A stretch of 64,000 nucleotides of DNA from Cellvibrionales bacterium (GCA_024639455.1 JAHEIH010000003.1:85276-149275), one strand, 5' to 3'; positions 46,282 to 57,139 are shown, counted from the first letter of the stretch. A program made the numbers and translations. The notes: a model not told the origin generated them from the letters alone.

Positions 46282-47843
46282 TTCTTGCCAAACAGTATGC
46301 TGAAGCTCTTGCGACGACGACCACCGTGTCGGTAGTCGAGCGCCGCTTGATTAGAAAGACATAGCTCACGGCAAATATAAAGACCTAGTCCGGTACCTTT
46401 GTGCTCGGTGGTGAAAAAGGGTTCAAACAGGTGTGGCACTTGGTCATCGGGTACCGGTTCACCGTAGTCTACCACTGCGAGTGCATAGCGTTGCAGGCGC
46501 TCTACATGTTGCAGGTGAAGCAACACGCCGTGGCCATCTTCCTGTGTCACCGTATAGCGCAGAGCATTGTTGCAAAGGTTGTCTAGTACTTGTTGTAACT
46601 GACTGGGATCAAAGCTGATCACCGCCTCTTGCGCCTCTATTTGACATTTAATCACACCTTGTTGGAGTTGGTTAAATTGTTCACAGAAGCTGTGCAGCCA
46701 TTCGGCTAACTGGATGGTTTGCATTGGCGTGGTTTGGCGCCGCGATAAACTCTGAATGTTTTCGATAATCTGATTCATGCGCCGACTTTGGTGTGCGATA
46801 ATCTCTAGTAATCGCTTGTCTTCATCACCATCGGCGGTTTCGTCGAGTAGTTCGGCTGCGTGTTTAATAGCCGCCAAGGGATTGCGTATTTCATGGGCGA
46901 TACTGGCGGTTAGGCGGCCGAGCGACGCTAGCTTTAACTGCTGAGCTTGTTGGCTAGCTTTGCGCGCGTTTTCTAGAAACACCATGGTATATTGCGCATC
47001 GTCACTGTTAACGTTTTTGAATTGCAAATGAAGTTCATGGTGATCGTGTTGGGTGGTAACCGTAGGTAAGGGCAGTTCAGGATTAGATTTCCACTGCAGG
47101 TATTGCTGCTGAAACATCTGCGGTAGCCGCTTGGGTTGGCCTTTACTCATATCGATATTTAGGGCGCGTTCAGCGCCTCTGTTTAAGGCCCGGACCTCAT
47201 CACCCTCTAATAAAATCACCCCAGTATTTAGTTGTTGAAGGATCAGTTGGTTGAGCTTTTCGGCGGCCGCTTTCTCGCGACTGCTTTTCGCCACCTGTTG
47301 TTCGGCAAGTCGTAGGTTTAGAGCAAAGCGATCCACCACCACGGCGGTAAGCATCAAAAACGCACTGAAAAGGCCGCTGCTGTAGAGATCGATGCGCTCT
47401 TCGCTAGGATAGCCCTGCGACACTAGGCCATCGGTCAGCAATCCTAAAACAAACAGTGACGCGACAACCAAGGCCAAGGGGTTGCCCAGTACCATTGTCG
47501 CAGACGCCACGGTGATCACACATAACAAACTCAACGCGGTAACACCGCTCACTGCGCTGGAATGCAGTGCAATGACCAAAAAGATGGTGTCAAACAAGAA
47601 ACCAGCAAACAGGGCTTGTCGCAGCCACTCGTTGGCGACGCGTTGCCAGTAGCGAATGGCAATAAGGGCGAGTACTACGTAAGTGCTAGAGGCTTGGATA
47701 AAGAGGCTGGGGGCACGTTGCCCCAGCATGCCCTCGCTGCCATTTAGCCAAAAGATTAATGCGAGGGAGACAGCAACAAGTAAACGATAAACACCATAGA
47801 TGTTTAGAAGAGTGGTGGTTGTGGCTCTAGTCTTGTTGATCAC
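46278..47843 (-). CDS. pilS: sensor histidine kinase PilS
   Basis: Multi-TM N-terminus. H-box GRLTASIAHEIRNPLAAIKHAAELL. HATPase GTGLGLYI. The maximal ORF reaches 47945, but GTG 47843 avoids a 119-nt same-strand overlap and gives a ~521-aa product, close to the length I recall for PilS (~530 aa). Confidence 0.85.
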   Translation of the reverse strand: MINKTRATTTTLLNIYGVYRLLVAVSLALIFWLNGSEGMLGQRAPSLFIQASSTYVVLALIAIRYWQRVANEWLRQALFAGFLFDTIFLVIALHSSAVSGVTALSLLCVITVASATMVLGNPLALVVASLFVLGLLTDGLVSQGYPSEERIDLYSSGLFSAFLMLTAVVVDRFALNLRLAEQQVAKSSREKAAAEKLNQLILQQLNTGVILLEGDEVRALNRGAERALNIDMSKGQPKRLPQMFQQQYLQWKSNPELPLPTVTTQHDHHELHLQFKNVNSDDAQYTMVFLENARKASQQAQQLKLASLGRLTASIAHEIRNPLAAIKHAAELLDETADGDEDKRLLEIIAHQSRRMNQIIENIQSLSRRQTTPMQTIQLAEWLHSFCEQFNQLQQGVIKCQIEAQEAVISFDPSQLQQVLDNLCNNALRYTVTQEDGHGVLLHLQHVERLQRYALAVVDYGEPVPDDQVPHLFEPFFTTEHKGTGLGLYICRELCLSNQAALDYRHGGRRRKSFSILFGKN

Positions 47844-48075
47844 TATCGTTTTTCTGCTCGAATTCCTTTTGATGAGCGCTGCAGCAGAACCATTGCGCCC
47901 CCGAGCTAATGGCTTTGTCCTTGGGGATGTAAGTGCCGCATTCACTACACTTAATCATAGTGCCGCTTTGCTTTTCTTGCCTGTCGTAGGCGCTCACGCG
48001 GGCTTTGTAGGCTTGATAGAACTTGTAGACTAACCAAATGGCTAGCCCAAAAACGATAACGCGAATTAGCCCCAT
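47827..48075 (-). CDS. PP0621-family small membrane zinc-ribbon protein
   Basis: 82 aa. N-terminal TM helix LIRVIVFGLAIWLVY. C-terminal CSECGTYIP...WFCCSAH. Immediately upstream of pilS. Confidence 0.65.
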   Translation of the reverse strand: MGLIRVIVFGLAIWLVYKFYQAYKARVSAYDRQEKQSGTMIKCSECGTYIPKDKAISSGAQWFCCSAHQKEFEQKNDSDQQD

Positions 48076-48078
48076 GGC

Positions 48079-48915
48079 TTAGGCCTCGTCGTAGATGGTG
48101 GGGATGGCTTGCCGCTTGTGCTGGGTACGGGTGTAAATTTCTACTAAGCGTTGTTCCACGTCGGCTGACACGGGCTTGCCCTCCAGGAAATCATCTATCT
48201 CGTCGTAGCTCAAACCTAGCACGTGTTCGTCGGCTTTTTGCGGTGCATCGCATTCCAAGTCCGCTGTGGGGGTTTTATCGACCAATTGAGCTGGCGCGCC
48301 TAAAAAAGCCGCCAATTGGCGTACCTGGCGTTTGCTCAAACCAAATAGGGGAGCTAAGTCGCAGGCACCGTCGCCCCATTTAGTATAAAAACCGGTGATA
48401 TTTTCCGCTGAATGATCGGTGCCAAGAACCAGGCCGCCCGTTAAGCCGGCCACCTCGTATTGAATCGCCATACGGGTGCGTGCTTTGACGTTGCCCTTTA
48501 CGAAGTCGATCGACGCGGTGGTATTGTTTAGCATGTTAGCGGCTTGCATGGCACCCAACACTTCTTGGTGGATCCCATCGGCACCTAGCTTTGCGTTAAC
48601 CGCCATGGATACGCTGGGTTGGATGAAGTCGACTGACATCTGCGCCTCGTGTTCATCGTGCTGAACACCGTAGGGTAGACGAACGGCAATAAACTGGTAG
48701 CCAGCGTCGTGATCTTGGTTGAGCTTATCTACCGCCGCCTGGGCTAATTTACCGCAAAGGCACGAATCAATACCTCCGCTAATACCAAGCACCAGGGTCT
48801 TGCTGTTGGCAGCAACTAACCGGTTAGCAATGAAGTCGCGGCGACGTTGACATTCTATTGCGAGGTCAATGTGGGGCAAAACGCGCATTTCTGCGACGAT
48901 CTTATTGCGATTCAT
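48079..48915 (-). CDS. nadE: ammonia-dependent NAD+ synthetase
   Basis: PP-loop [11 protein letters not shown]. 278 aa. Confidence 0.9.
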   Translation of the reverse strand: MNRNKIVAEMRVLPHIDLAIECQRRRDFIANRLVAANSKTLVLGISGGIDSCLCGKLAQAAVDKLNQDHDAGYQFIAVRLPYGVQHDEHEAQMSVDFIQPSVSMAVNAKLGADGIHQEVLGAMQAANMLNNTTASIDFVKGNVKARTRMAIQYEVAGLTGGLVLGTDHSAENITGFYTKWGDGACDLAPLFGLSKRQVRQLAAFLGAPAQLVDKTPTADLECDAPQKADEHVLGLSYDEIDDFLEGKPVSADVEQRLVEIYTRTQHKRQAIPTIYDEA

Positions 48916-48930
48916 GATCCTGATTTCTCC

Positions 48931-49812
48931 TTAGCCGCCGTAAAGTTCACTGGTGTCGAATTTAGGGGGATTGGGAGGATCAATAAAACCAAAGCTAAGT
49001 TGGTTGATAAACGAGCGGTTGCCATCGACATCAAATTTACTGATAAACTGACCAGAGGCATCAATAGCAGGGTAGTCTGGAAAGTTAAGTTTTAGTACTT
49101 CCAACGATGAATTCGCCTGATCTTCTAATCCCATCGACTTATACGCTTGAATCATCACCGCTAGACCATCAGCCACCGCGGGTGTTTTGGGGAAGTTTTC
49201 CACCACGTACTGTCCGCGGCGCAACGCAGAAACAAAAGCGCGGCGTTTAAAGTAGTAGTTGGCGACGTGGATTTCGTGGCGCGCCAGTAGATTGCGCAAG
49301 TAGACCATTCGGGCGCGTGCATCGGCGGCAAAGTTGCTGCTGGGGAAACGCGACAACATTTCCGAGAAAGCACCAAACGACTGCAATGCAGGGCCAGGGT
49401 CGCGGCTCGCCACATCGCCGGGGATGAATCGGTCGAAAATCGAGGCGCCGTCGGTGAAGGCGGCGAGGCCTTTAATGTAATAGGCGTAGTCAACGTTTTC
49501 GTTACGTGGGTGCAGACGAATGAAGCGATCTGCAGCAGCCATGGCCTCAGCAAAATTGCTGCTGCGGTAGTGGGCGTAGATCAGTTCGAGTTGTGCTTGT
49601 TCGGCGTATTTACCGAAGGGAAAACGCGATTCCAATAACTGCAGCTTTTGCACAGCCATGGGGTAGTTTTCACCGCGCATGTGCGATTGGGCTTGCTCGT
49701 AGATACCGCGTTCGGTGCCGCGCATGGCATCTTCTTCTTCCACAGTAGAACAGGCGGTGAGTACAAGGCTGGAAGCGATGGCGAGACCGCTGATGAAACG
49801 TTTGATGTTCAA
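48931..49812 (-). CDS. bamD: outer membrane protein assembly factor BamD (ComL/YfiO)
   Basis: Lipobox LVLTAC and TPR-like repeats. TTG 49812 preferred (AAGGAAG RBS 4 nt upstream, giving a 21-aa lipoprotein signal peptide). ATG 49851 is the alternative. Confidence 0.85.
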   Translation of the reverse strand: MNIKRFISGLAIASSLVLTACSTVEEEDAMRGTERGIYEQAQSHMRGENYPMAVQKLQLLESRFPFGKYAEQAQLELIYAHYRSSNFAEAMAAADRFIRLHPRNENVDYAYYIKGLAAFTDGASIFDRFIPGDVASRDPGPALQSFGAFSEMLSRFPSSNFAADARARMVYLRNLLARHEIHVANYYFKRRAFVSALRRGQYVVENFPKTPAVADGLAVMIQAYKSMGLEDQANSSLEVLKLNFPDYPAIDASGQFISKFDVDGNRSFINQLSFGFIDPPNPPKFDTSELYGG

Positions 49813-49959
49813 AGTGTCTTCCTTAAAAGGGCTTAAATAAACGTTGCCCAAAAATAAAACCCGTATTTAACCACATAGCGATGAAAACCAAAACGCTAAC
49901 CATGGTAAACTTGGCAAAGTTTTCAACGACGGGGTGCTCCCGTCTGGCAAGGATCCCCA

Positions 49960-50913
49960 ATGAGCCAACAGATAGACATCCAAGCCGTTGTTCCGCCGAA
50001 TATGGACGAACAGCGTTTTGACCAAATTGCCGCACAATTGTTCCCCGATTATTCGCGTTCGCGGCTGCAAAGCTGGATCAAATCGGGTGAGTTAACCGTG
50101 GATGGCAAAACGTGTCGCGCTAAAGACAAGTTGTTCAGTGGCGTTACGCTGATCCTACACGCCACCCTTGAGGAAGAAATCAGCCTGCGACCACAGGATA
50201 TCCCGCTCGATATCGTCTACGAAGACGACGACCTTATTGTGCTTAACAAGCCCACAAATATGGTGGTGCACCCGGCCGCGGGCAACCCCGATGGGACCTT
50301 GTTAAACGCCTTGTTGCACCACGCACCTGCGCTGGCGCAGTTGCCACGCTGCGGCATTGTGCACCGGTTGGATAAAGACACCACCGGCATCATGGTGGTG
50401 GCTAAAACGCTACCAGCGCACGCCAGTTTGGTCGACCAGTTGCAATCACGCTCGGTGTCGCGCGACTATGAGGCAGTGACCGTAGGGGTTATGACCGGCG
50501 GCGGCACTGTCGACAAACCGATGGGGCGTCACCCCAAAGATCGCAAGAAGATGGCCGTCCTAGAATTTGGTGGAAAGCGCGCTATTACTCACTACCGTGT
50601 TGCGCACCGCTTCAAACACCACACCCATGTCTATGTGAGTCTGGAAACGGGCCGCACCCACCAAATCAGGGTGCACATGGCACATATAAAGTATCCGCTA
50701 GTGGGCGATGCCACCTATGCCGGCCGCCCGCGCATACCTCGCCAAGCGGAACAAGGGCTGGTAGATTTTCTGCAACAATTTCCTCGCCAAGCGTTACACG
50801 CGCGACGATTGAAATTGATTCACCCGCGTACCGGCAAAGAGATGTCGTGGAGCGTGCCCACCCCCGACGACTTCCTTGAATTGCTCGATATGTTGCAGCA
50901 GTTTGATGACTAA
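49960..50913 (+). CDS. rluD: 23S rRNA pseudouridine synthase RluD
   Basis: S4 domain plus HRLDKDTTG catalytic motif. Divergent from bamD, as in other gammaproteobacteria. Confidence 0.92.
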   Translation: MSQQIDIQAVVPPNMDEQRFDQIAAQLFPDYSRSRLQSWIKSGELTVDGKTCRAKDKLFSGVTLILHATLEEEISLRPQDIPLDIVYEDDDLIVLNKPTNMVVHPAAGNPDGTLLNALLHHAPALAQLPRCGIVHRLDKDTTGIMVVAKTLPAHASLVDQLQSRSVSRDYEAVTVGVMTGGGTVDKPMGRHPKDRKKMAVLEFGGKRAITHYRVAHRFKHHTHVYVSLETGRTHQIRVHMAHIKYPLVGDATYAGRPRIPRQAEQGLVDFLQQFPRQALHARRLKLIHPRTGKEMSWSVPTPDDFLELLDMLQQFDD

Positions 50914-51676
50914 GCCCACCTGGTTTACCCCTAAGTGGTCTACGCCCACGGGGGTTCACGCGCTGATTACCACACGTGGTGATGTCACCGATGACCCCAT
51001 GTCCGGGTTTAATATCGCTCTGCATGTCGGCGATGATGCCGCCAGCGTGACATCCAATCGGCAGACATTACTCGACAATATGCCCGGTGCTGAGCGCATC
51101 GCTTGGTTGGAACAAGTGCATGGAACTGAAGTGGTCGATTTGGCGGAGCATGATTGGCAGTGCACGCCACCAGCGGCGGATGCCTCAGTCACAAACCTGC
51201 CAGGGCAGGCATGTGCGGTGATGACCGCCGATTGCTTGCCGGTGTTGTTTTGCGATAAGCAGGGTGGGCAAGTGGCTGCCGCACACGCCGGTTGGCGTGG
51301 CTTGCAAGCGGGCATACTGGAAAACACGGTGGCCGCGTTTAAGGCTCCTAGTAGTGACCTTCAGGCCTTTTTAGGGCCTGCCATCAGCCAGTTGTACTTC
51401 GAGGTGGGTGGTGAAGTACGTGAAGCTTTTCTCGACGTCGCGCCCTCCGAGTTACACCATGCCATCGACGCGGCCTTTCTCCCCAGTGAAGAAAACGAAG
51501 GTAAGTATTTTGGCAATCTGTTTGCCCTTGCTCGGGTACGACTAAAGGCCTGTGGCGTTGAAAATATTCAGGGTGGCGGATTGTGTACGCATTTCCACGC
51601 GCCGAAGTTTTATTCCCATCGGCGCGAAGCGCGCAGCGGCCGTTTTGCCAGTTTGATCTACATCACGGCACATTAA
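50906..51676 (+). CDS. pgeF: peptidoglycan editing factor PgeF (YfiH, laccase-domain protein)
   Basis: ADCLPVLF and AHAGWRG motifs. ATG 50906 overlaps the rluD stop by 8 nt. Confidence 0.85.
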   Translation: MTKPTWFTPKWSTPTGVHALITTRGDVTDDPMSGFNIALHVGDDAASVTSNRQTLLDNMPGAERIAWLEQVHGTEVVDLAEHDWQCTPPAADASVTNLPGQACAVMTADCLPVLFCDKQGGQVAAAHAGWRGLQAGILENTVAAFKAPSSDLQAFLGPAISQLYFEVGGEVREAFLDVAPSELHHAIDAAFLPSEENEGKYFGNLFALARVRLKACGVENIQGGGLCTHFHAPKFYSHRREARSGRFASLIYITAH

Positions 51677-51713
51677 TTTCGATCAAAATATATCCATTTT
51701 TTTCTGTGGGTAA

Positions 51714-51741
51714 CTTGAAGTCCTGCGATCTGACCTAATAT
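51714..51741 (+). promoter_or_regulatory. candidate sigma-32 heat-shock promoter of clpB
   Basis: CTTGAA (51714-19), a 14-nt spacer, then CCTAATAT (51734-41), compared with the consensus CTTGAAA-N13-14-CCCCATNT. 37 nt upstream of the clpB ATG. Confidence 0.5.
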
Positions 51742-51777
51742 CAGTAGCAACTTAATTACTTTTTCGCAGGAAATACT

Positions 51778-54363
51778 ATGCGTTTAGATCGTTTGACGAA
51801 TCAACTTCAAGTCGCTTTGTCCGATGCTCAGTCATTGGCCGTGGGTCACGACCACAATTTTATTGAACCCGAACACCTGTTGTTGGCCATGGTCGACCAA
51901 CAGGGAAGTACTGCTATTCCCATTCTGGCGCAATCGGGCGCCAATGTGCGCAATTTGCGCAGTGCGCTTAAAGATAAGCTTAATGGCATGGCTAAAGTGG
52001 CTAACCACAGCGGCGATGTACACACCTCGAATGACTTGGTGCGCACCTTGAACCTGGCCGACAAACGCGCCCAACAGGGCGGAGATAAGTTCATCTCTAC
52101 TGAAGCGGTACTGTTGGCCATGCTATCTCAGCAAGGTGGAGTGGCAAAAATGCTGCATGATGCCGGGCTTGATGAAGAAAGCCTCGTCAACGTTGTTAAG
52201 TCGATGCGTGACGGTAAGTCAGTGGACGACCCTGAAGCCGAAGGCGCTCGCCAGGCACTGGAAAAATACACCATCGATCTGACCGAGCGCGCGGAAAAGG
52301 GCGCGCTCGATCCCGTTATTGGTCGCGACGACGAAATTCGACGCACCGTGCAAGTGTTGCAGCGTCGCACTAAAAACAATCCCGTCTTAATCGGTGAGCC
52401 CGGTGTCGGCAAAACGGCAATTGTCGAAGGCCTTGCGCAACGTATCGTTAATGGCGAAGTACCAGAAGGTCTCAAAAACAAGCGTTTGCTTTCGCTAGAT
52501 TTTGGGGCGCTGTTGGCCGGCGCTAAATTCCGTGGCGAGTTTGAAGAACGCCTAAAGGCGGTGTTAAACGAGCTCGCAAAAGAAGAGGGCAGAGTCATTC
52601 TGTTTATCGACGAGCTACATACCATGATGGGCGCTGGCAAGGCCGAGGGCTCTATGGATGCTGGCAATATGCTCAAGCCAGCGCTAGCACGTGGTGAACT
52701 GCATTGCGTCGGTGCCACTACGCTCGACGAGTACCGTAAATACGTCGAAAAAGACGCGGCGATGGAGCGCCGCTTCCAAAAGGTCTTGGTGGGTGAGCCC
52801 AGTGAAGAAGATACCATCGCCATTCTTCGAGGTCTCAAGGAGCGCTACGAGGTCCACCACGGCGTTGATATCACCGATGCGGCCATTATTGCGGCGACTA
52901 AATTGTCGCAGCGTTATATCACCGATCGTCAGTTACCCGACAAAGCCATTGACTTGATTGACGAGGCCGCTAGCCGTATTCGCATGGAAATCGACTCTAA
53001 ACCGGAGGAAATGGACAAATTAGAGCGGCGCCTGATCCAGCTTAAAATACAGCGCGAAGCCATGAAGAAGGATGACGATGAATCGTCTCGTAAGCGCTTA
53101 CAGAAATTAGATGAAGATATCACGGAGGTGGAGCGCCAATACGCCGGTCTCGATGAAATATGGCGCGCAGAGAAATTGGCGTTAACCGGTGCGCAAGAAA
53201 TTAAGAGCAAGCTCGAGCAAGCGCGCATAGAGCTTGATAACGCGCGTCGTGCAGGCAATCTTGAAAAGATGTCAGAACTACAGTATGGCCTGATACCAGA
53301 GCTGGAAAAAACGCTGCAAATGGCCGGCGATCTTGAAATAAGAGATATGCAATTGCTACGCAACAACGTCAGTGAGGAAGAGATTGCCGAGGTCGTTTCC
53401 AAATGGACAGGTATCCCAGTATCGAAGATGCTTGAAGGTGAGCGCGAAAAGTTGATCCAAATGGAAGCAGAGCTGCGCAAGCGCGTGGTGGGTCAAGATG
53501 AAGCATTAACAGCGGTAGCCAATGCCGTGCGTCGCTCGCGTGCGGGGCTGTCAGACCCCAATCGCCCCAATGGCTCTTTCTTGTTCCTTGGTCCTACCGG
53601 TGTGGGTAAAACCGAGCTTTGTAAAACCTTGGCGGAGTTTTTGTTTGACAGCAGCGAGGCCATGGTGCGCATCGATATGTCTGAGTTCATGGAAAAGCAT
53701 TCGGTGGCACGTTTAATCGGTGCGCCTCCTGGCTATGTGGGTTACGACGAAGGTGGCTATCTTACCGAAGCGGTGCGCCGTCGTCCTTATTCCGTGTTGT
53801 TACTTGATGAGGTGGAGAAAGCTCACCCCGATGTCTTCAATATTTTGCTGCAGGTGCTAGACGATGGTCGCTTAACCGATGGTCAGGGCCGCACGATAGA
53901 TTTCAGGAACACAGTGATTGTGATGACCTCGAATCTTGGCTCTGATGTGATTCAAGAACTCGCTGGTGAACAGAATTACGAGCATATGCGCGACGCGGTG
54001 ATGGGTGTGGTGGCTAAGCACTTCCGCCCTGAATTTATCAATCGTATCGACGAAAGCGTTGTGTTCCACCCTTTGCAAAAGGACCAGATAAAAGGCATTG
54101 CCAGTCTGCAATTGGATATTCTGCAGGGGCGCTTGGCCGACCGGGAGTTGCGAATAGAGCTGGCGGAAGACGCCTTGGATTATCTCGTCGAAGCAGGCTA
54201 CGACCCTATTTATGGGGCTAGGCCGCTGCGCCGAGCTATTCAGAAGTTGATCGAGAATCCGTTGGCGGAGGAAATTATTGCGGGTAAATACGTGCCCGGC
54301 AGCGTCATTGCGGTGTCGAGAGAAGGAGATGCGTTAGCCTTTAGTGCGGGGGCCGTGCACTAG
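51778..54363 (+). CDS. clpB: ATP-dependent chaperone/disaggregase ClpB
   Basis: Two AAA+ modules ([16 protein letters not shown]) and the middle coiled-coil domain. 861 aa. Confidence 0.97.
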   Translation: MRLDRLTNQLQVALSDAQSLAVGHDHNFIEPEHLLLAMVDQQGSTAIPILAQSGANVRNLRSALKDKLNGMAKVANHSGDVHTSNDLVRTLNLADKRAQQGGDKFISTEAVLLAMLSQQGGVAKMLHDAGLDEESLVNVVKSMRDGKSVDDPEAEGARQALEKYTIDLTERAEKGALDPVIGRDDEIRRTVQVLQRRTKNNPVLIGEPGVGKTAIVEGLAQRIVNGEVPEGLKNKRLLSLDFGALLAGAKFRGEFEERLKAVLNELAKEEGRVILFIDELHTMMGAGKAEGSMDAGNMLKPALARGELHCVGATTLDEYRKYVEKDAAMERRFQKVLVGEPSEEDTIAILRGLKERYEVHHGVDITDAAIIAATKLSQRYITDRQLPDKAIDLIDEAASRIRMEIDSKPEEMDKLERRLIQLKIQREAMKKDDDESSRKRLQKLDEDITEVERQYAGLDEIWRAEKLALTGAQEIKSKLEQARIELDNARRAGNLEKMSELQYGLIPELEKTLQMAGDLEIRDMQLLRNNVSEEEIAEVVSKWTGIPVSKMLEGEREKLIQMEAELRKRVVGQDEALTAVANAVRRSRAGLSDPNRPNGSFLFLGPTGVGKTELCKTLAEFLFDSSEAMVRIDMSEFMEKHSVARLIGAPPGYVGYDEGGYLTEAVRRRPYSVLLLDEVEKAHPDVFNILLQVLDDGRLTDGQGRTIDFRNTVIVMTSNLGSDVIQELAGEQNYEHMRDAVMGVVAKHFRPEFINRIDESVVFHPLQKDQIKGIASLQLDILQGRLADRELRIELAEDALDYLVEAGYDPIYGARPLRRAIQKLIENPLAEEIIAGKYVPGSVIAVSREGDALAFSAGAVH

Positions 54364-54442
54364 ACTAGTCCTATAGTATTAGTTTACCGATAGGGGCGTT
54401 TACACTATCATTTGAATACAAAAATTATCACAATTATTCAAT

Positions 54443-55087
54443 ATGATGTCGAGTATGCGCGCCCTTATCGTAGACGATCACCACCTCATTCTTGCCGGTC
54501 TCTCAGAGTTAGTTGAAGGGGCTTTCGAAAACACCATTGTAGATGGTACCGATTCCGGCAAGCACGCCTTAGATTTATTGGCAGCTAATCAATATGATGT
54601 GCTCATCGCCGATCTGTTTATTCCCGGCGAACCAACCTTTCATTTTATTCGTGAAGTCTGCCAACGCTGGCCAGAGTTACCGACCATTGTGTTGTCAGGC
54701 TCTGATAGCGATACCTATGTGACCAAGTGTCTCGACGCTGGTGCACATGGTTTTGTCTCAAAATCCTCCTCTCAGGGCGCATTAGTGGCTGCCATTGAAA
54801 AGGTCTTGGCCGGAGGGGTAGCCAAGCCTCTAAACTACCGTAGTCAGCAGCGCCATCGCACCGCGGCTGAGGGCGAGGATGTTGACGCGTTGTTGGCTTC
54901 ACTATCTGACCGCCAGCTCGAGGTAGTGCGCGGTATTTTGCAGGGAAAATCTAACAAGGAAATTGCCTTTGATCTCGGCTTGTCTGAAAACACCGTAAAA
55001 GTTCATGTGAGCGCCATCATTAAAACGCTTGGCGTGGAAAATAGAACTAAAATCAGTGTCTTGGCGCAAAAAGCCAACCTAATTTAA
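54443..55087 (+). CDS. LuxR/NarL-family response regulator
   Basis: REC (LIVDDHH...LIADLFIPG) plus a C-terminal LuxR HTH (LSDRQLEVVRGILQGKSNKEIAFDLGLSENTVKVH). Confidence 0.88.
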   Translation: MMSSMRALIVDDHHLILAGLSELVEGAFENTIVDGTDSGKHALDLLAANQYDVLIADLFIPGEPTFHFIREVCQRWPELPTIVLSGSDSDTYVTKCLDAGAHGFVSKSSSQGALVAAIEKVLAGGVAKPLNYRSQQRHRTAAEGEDVDALLASLSDRQLEVVRGILQGKSNKEIAFDLGLSENTVKVHVSAIIKTLGVENRTKISVLAQKANLI

Positions 55088-55096
55088 AGAAAAAAT

Positions 55097-57130
55097 ATGA
55101 ATCAAAAAATCCTTTCTTCTGCTATTTCGACGGTGATATGTCTTATCGCGAACAATGCGTTGGCGGCAGATGATTTCTATGAAGACATTCCCTTAGTGAC
55201 CAGCGTGTCTAATTTTCCTCAAAAAATTAGCGAAGCGCCCGCTGCGGTAACCATCGTTACCCGCGATATGATCGCTGCGGCAGGTGTGGTCGACATCCAC
55301 GATATTTTTCATTTGGTGCCAGGGTTTGATAGCTACCGACAAAGCGGCTCCTTTGGTGCGGTGAGTTATGGTACCTATCCCAATGCCTACCCGAATAACC
55401 TAGAAATTAAGTTAGATGGTTTGTCTATTTACGAGGTATTTCTCAATACTACCAATTGGAATAGCTTAGGCATTGACGTTGAGGATATCGAGTTCATAGA
55501 AGTCGTGCGTGGAGCAAACGCTTCCGTCGATGGCGCTAACTCTTTCACCGGCGCCATCAATATCGTCACGGCGGCGCCATTAAAACAAACGCACCAAATG
55601 GTCCGAGCGCGACTTGGCAGCCGTGGTGAGCGGGATGTTAGCTTGCAATTGGGTTCCTACGGTGCCGGTACTGCCTATCAACTTACCTTAAAGAAGCGCA
55701 AACATGACGGATTCGCTGCTTATGAAGGTCAGCCCGTTGAGGATGCGCTAGATACCCATTCAATTCGCTTTAGGAGCAGTGTTACTCCAACGGCCCTAGA
55801 TACTCTCGATTTTCAAGCGGGTTTTGCTGATACCGATCTGGGTATGACCGGTGGCGGTAAAGAGGATACCGCCGATGAAACCGAACCCTACACCATGACG
55901 TCGTCTTATCTTGCGGCGACTTGGAAGCGTGAAAAAGGTGATAGCCAATACCAAGTGCGCGCTTATCGGACCAGTAACTCGGTGGAATACTATCAGTATA
56001 TAGGACCATTCACACAAGTGGTGGGGTTGCCGCCGCAGGTATTTTACCCCGATTTTCCCTATGCCGATTTTGATGTTGAATTGGATACTCGTGATCAATC
56101 CTCGCGCCGAATGGATGTCGAGTTTCGTCACAATCTCCGCATTGGCCACGACACTCGCTTTGGCTGGGGTGTCGGTCACCGCAATGACAGTGCGCGAAGT
56201 CGCTTGTTCTTCACCACGGATGACGCCATTAAAGAATCTACCAATCGAGCATTCGCAAACAGTGAAGTAAAATTTGGCGCGGTGACAACTAACTTAGGCG
56301 CTTCGTGGGAAGAAACAACCCAGGGTGATTCCGCGCTAAGTTTACGAGGCTCGATCAACGTTAAAGTGGCAGACAACACTACCCTGCGTTTTGCCCGAAA
56401 TAACGTTGACCGAGGGCCTTCGCTAATGGCGGCTAATGAGTACCGTACGCTCAGCTATGATGGATATGTGTTTGACCTTGATCGACTGTCTCACCCTAAC
56501 TTAGGAAAAGAGACCCTTCGCGTTACCGAAATTGGGGCTTACAGTGTGTTTTTTGACGGTGCCATGACGTTGGACGCCAAACTATATCGCGAAAAAGGTC
56601 GCGATTTGATCGAGGTTTATACCGTACGTCGCACACCACTCGATTTCGATCAGCGCATCGGCTACCGAGCTAATACGACTTTTGTCGATGTTGATGGCGT
56701 GGAGCTAGCGTTGAATTACAACGGCGATAAATGGCGATTATGGACGAATGCTACCTATCGAGACATCAGCGGCCAGGCCTTACGTGACACCGATATTGTT
56801 GATGGTCAGGAAATCACCGCCGTTGTCACCGATATGTACAACGCAGCCCCGGGGTTTATGGGATCAATGTTAATTGAGCGAGACATGGGTGACAGTACCA
56901 AGCTGTCTTTCAACTACCGCTTTAGGGACGATGTTGAATACCGGATTGGCGGCATACTTCCAGCTGCCTCCCGTTTAGACGCGACTGTTAGGAAGCAATG
57001 GTCGATGGGTGACAAAAATGTCCGTCTGGCGTTGTTAGTACACAACGTTTTTGATAGCACGGTACTAGATTACCAAGCCTTCAATGCTTTTGATCGCCGG
57101 GTGTATCTTCGCGCGGAATTAGATTTCTAA
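55097..57130 (+). CDS. TonB-dependent outer-membrane receptor
   Basis: Signal peptide ending ALA|AD. Plug-domain pattern (ISEAPAAVTIVTRDMI...). C-terminal beta-barrel ending in ...YLRAELDF (terminal Phe). Confidence 0.85.
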   Translation: MNQKILSSAISTVICLIANNALAADDFYEDIPLVTSVSNFPQKISEAPAAVTIVTRDMIAAAGVVDIHDIFHLVPGFDSYRQSGSFGAVSYGTYPNAYPNNLEIKLDGLSIYEVFLNTTNWNSLGIDVEDIEFIEVVRGANASVDGANSFTGAINIVTAAPLKQTHQMVRARLGSRGERDVSLQLGSYGAGTAYQLTLKKRKHDGFAAYEGQPVEDALDTHSIRFRSSVTPTALDTLDFQAGFADTDLGMTGGGKEDTADETEPYTMTSSYLAATWKREKGDSQYQVRAYRTSNSVEYYQYIGPFTQVVGLPPQVFYPDFPYADFDVELDTRDQSSRRMDVEFRHNLRIGHDTRFGWGVGHRNDSARSRLFFTTDDAIKESTNRAFANSEVKFGAVTTNLGASWEETTQGDSALSLRGSINVKVADNTTLRFARNNVDRGPSLMAANEYRTLSYDGYVFDLDRLSHPNLGKETLRVTEIGAYSVFFDGAMTLDAKLYREKGRDLIEVYTVRRTPLDFDQRIGYRANTTFVDVDGVELALNYNGDKWRLWTNATYRDISGQALRDTDIVDGQEITAVVTDMYNAAPGFMGSMLIERDMGDSTKLSFNYRFRDDVEYRIGGILPAASRLDATVRKQWSMGDKNVRLALLVHNVFDSTVLDYQAFNAFDRRVYLRAELDF

Positions 57131-57139
57131 CGGGGCCTT

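Noticed and set aside
52128-53480. Minus-strand ORFs of 236 aa and 183 aa inside clpB.
   Set aside because: They are Ser/Arg/Pro-rich shadow ORFs antisense to an unambiguous ClpB reading frame.
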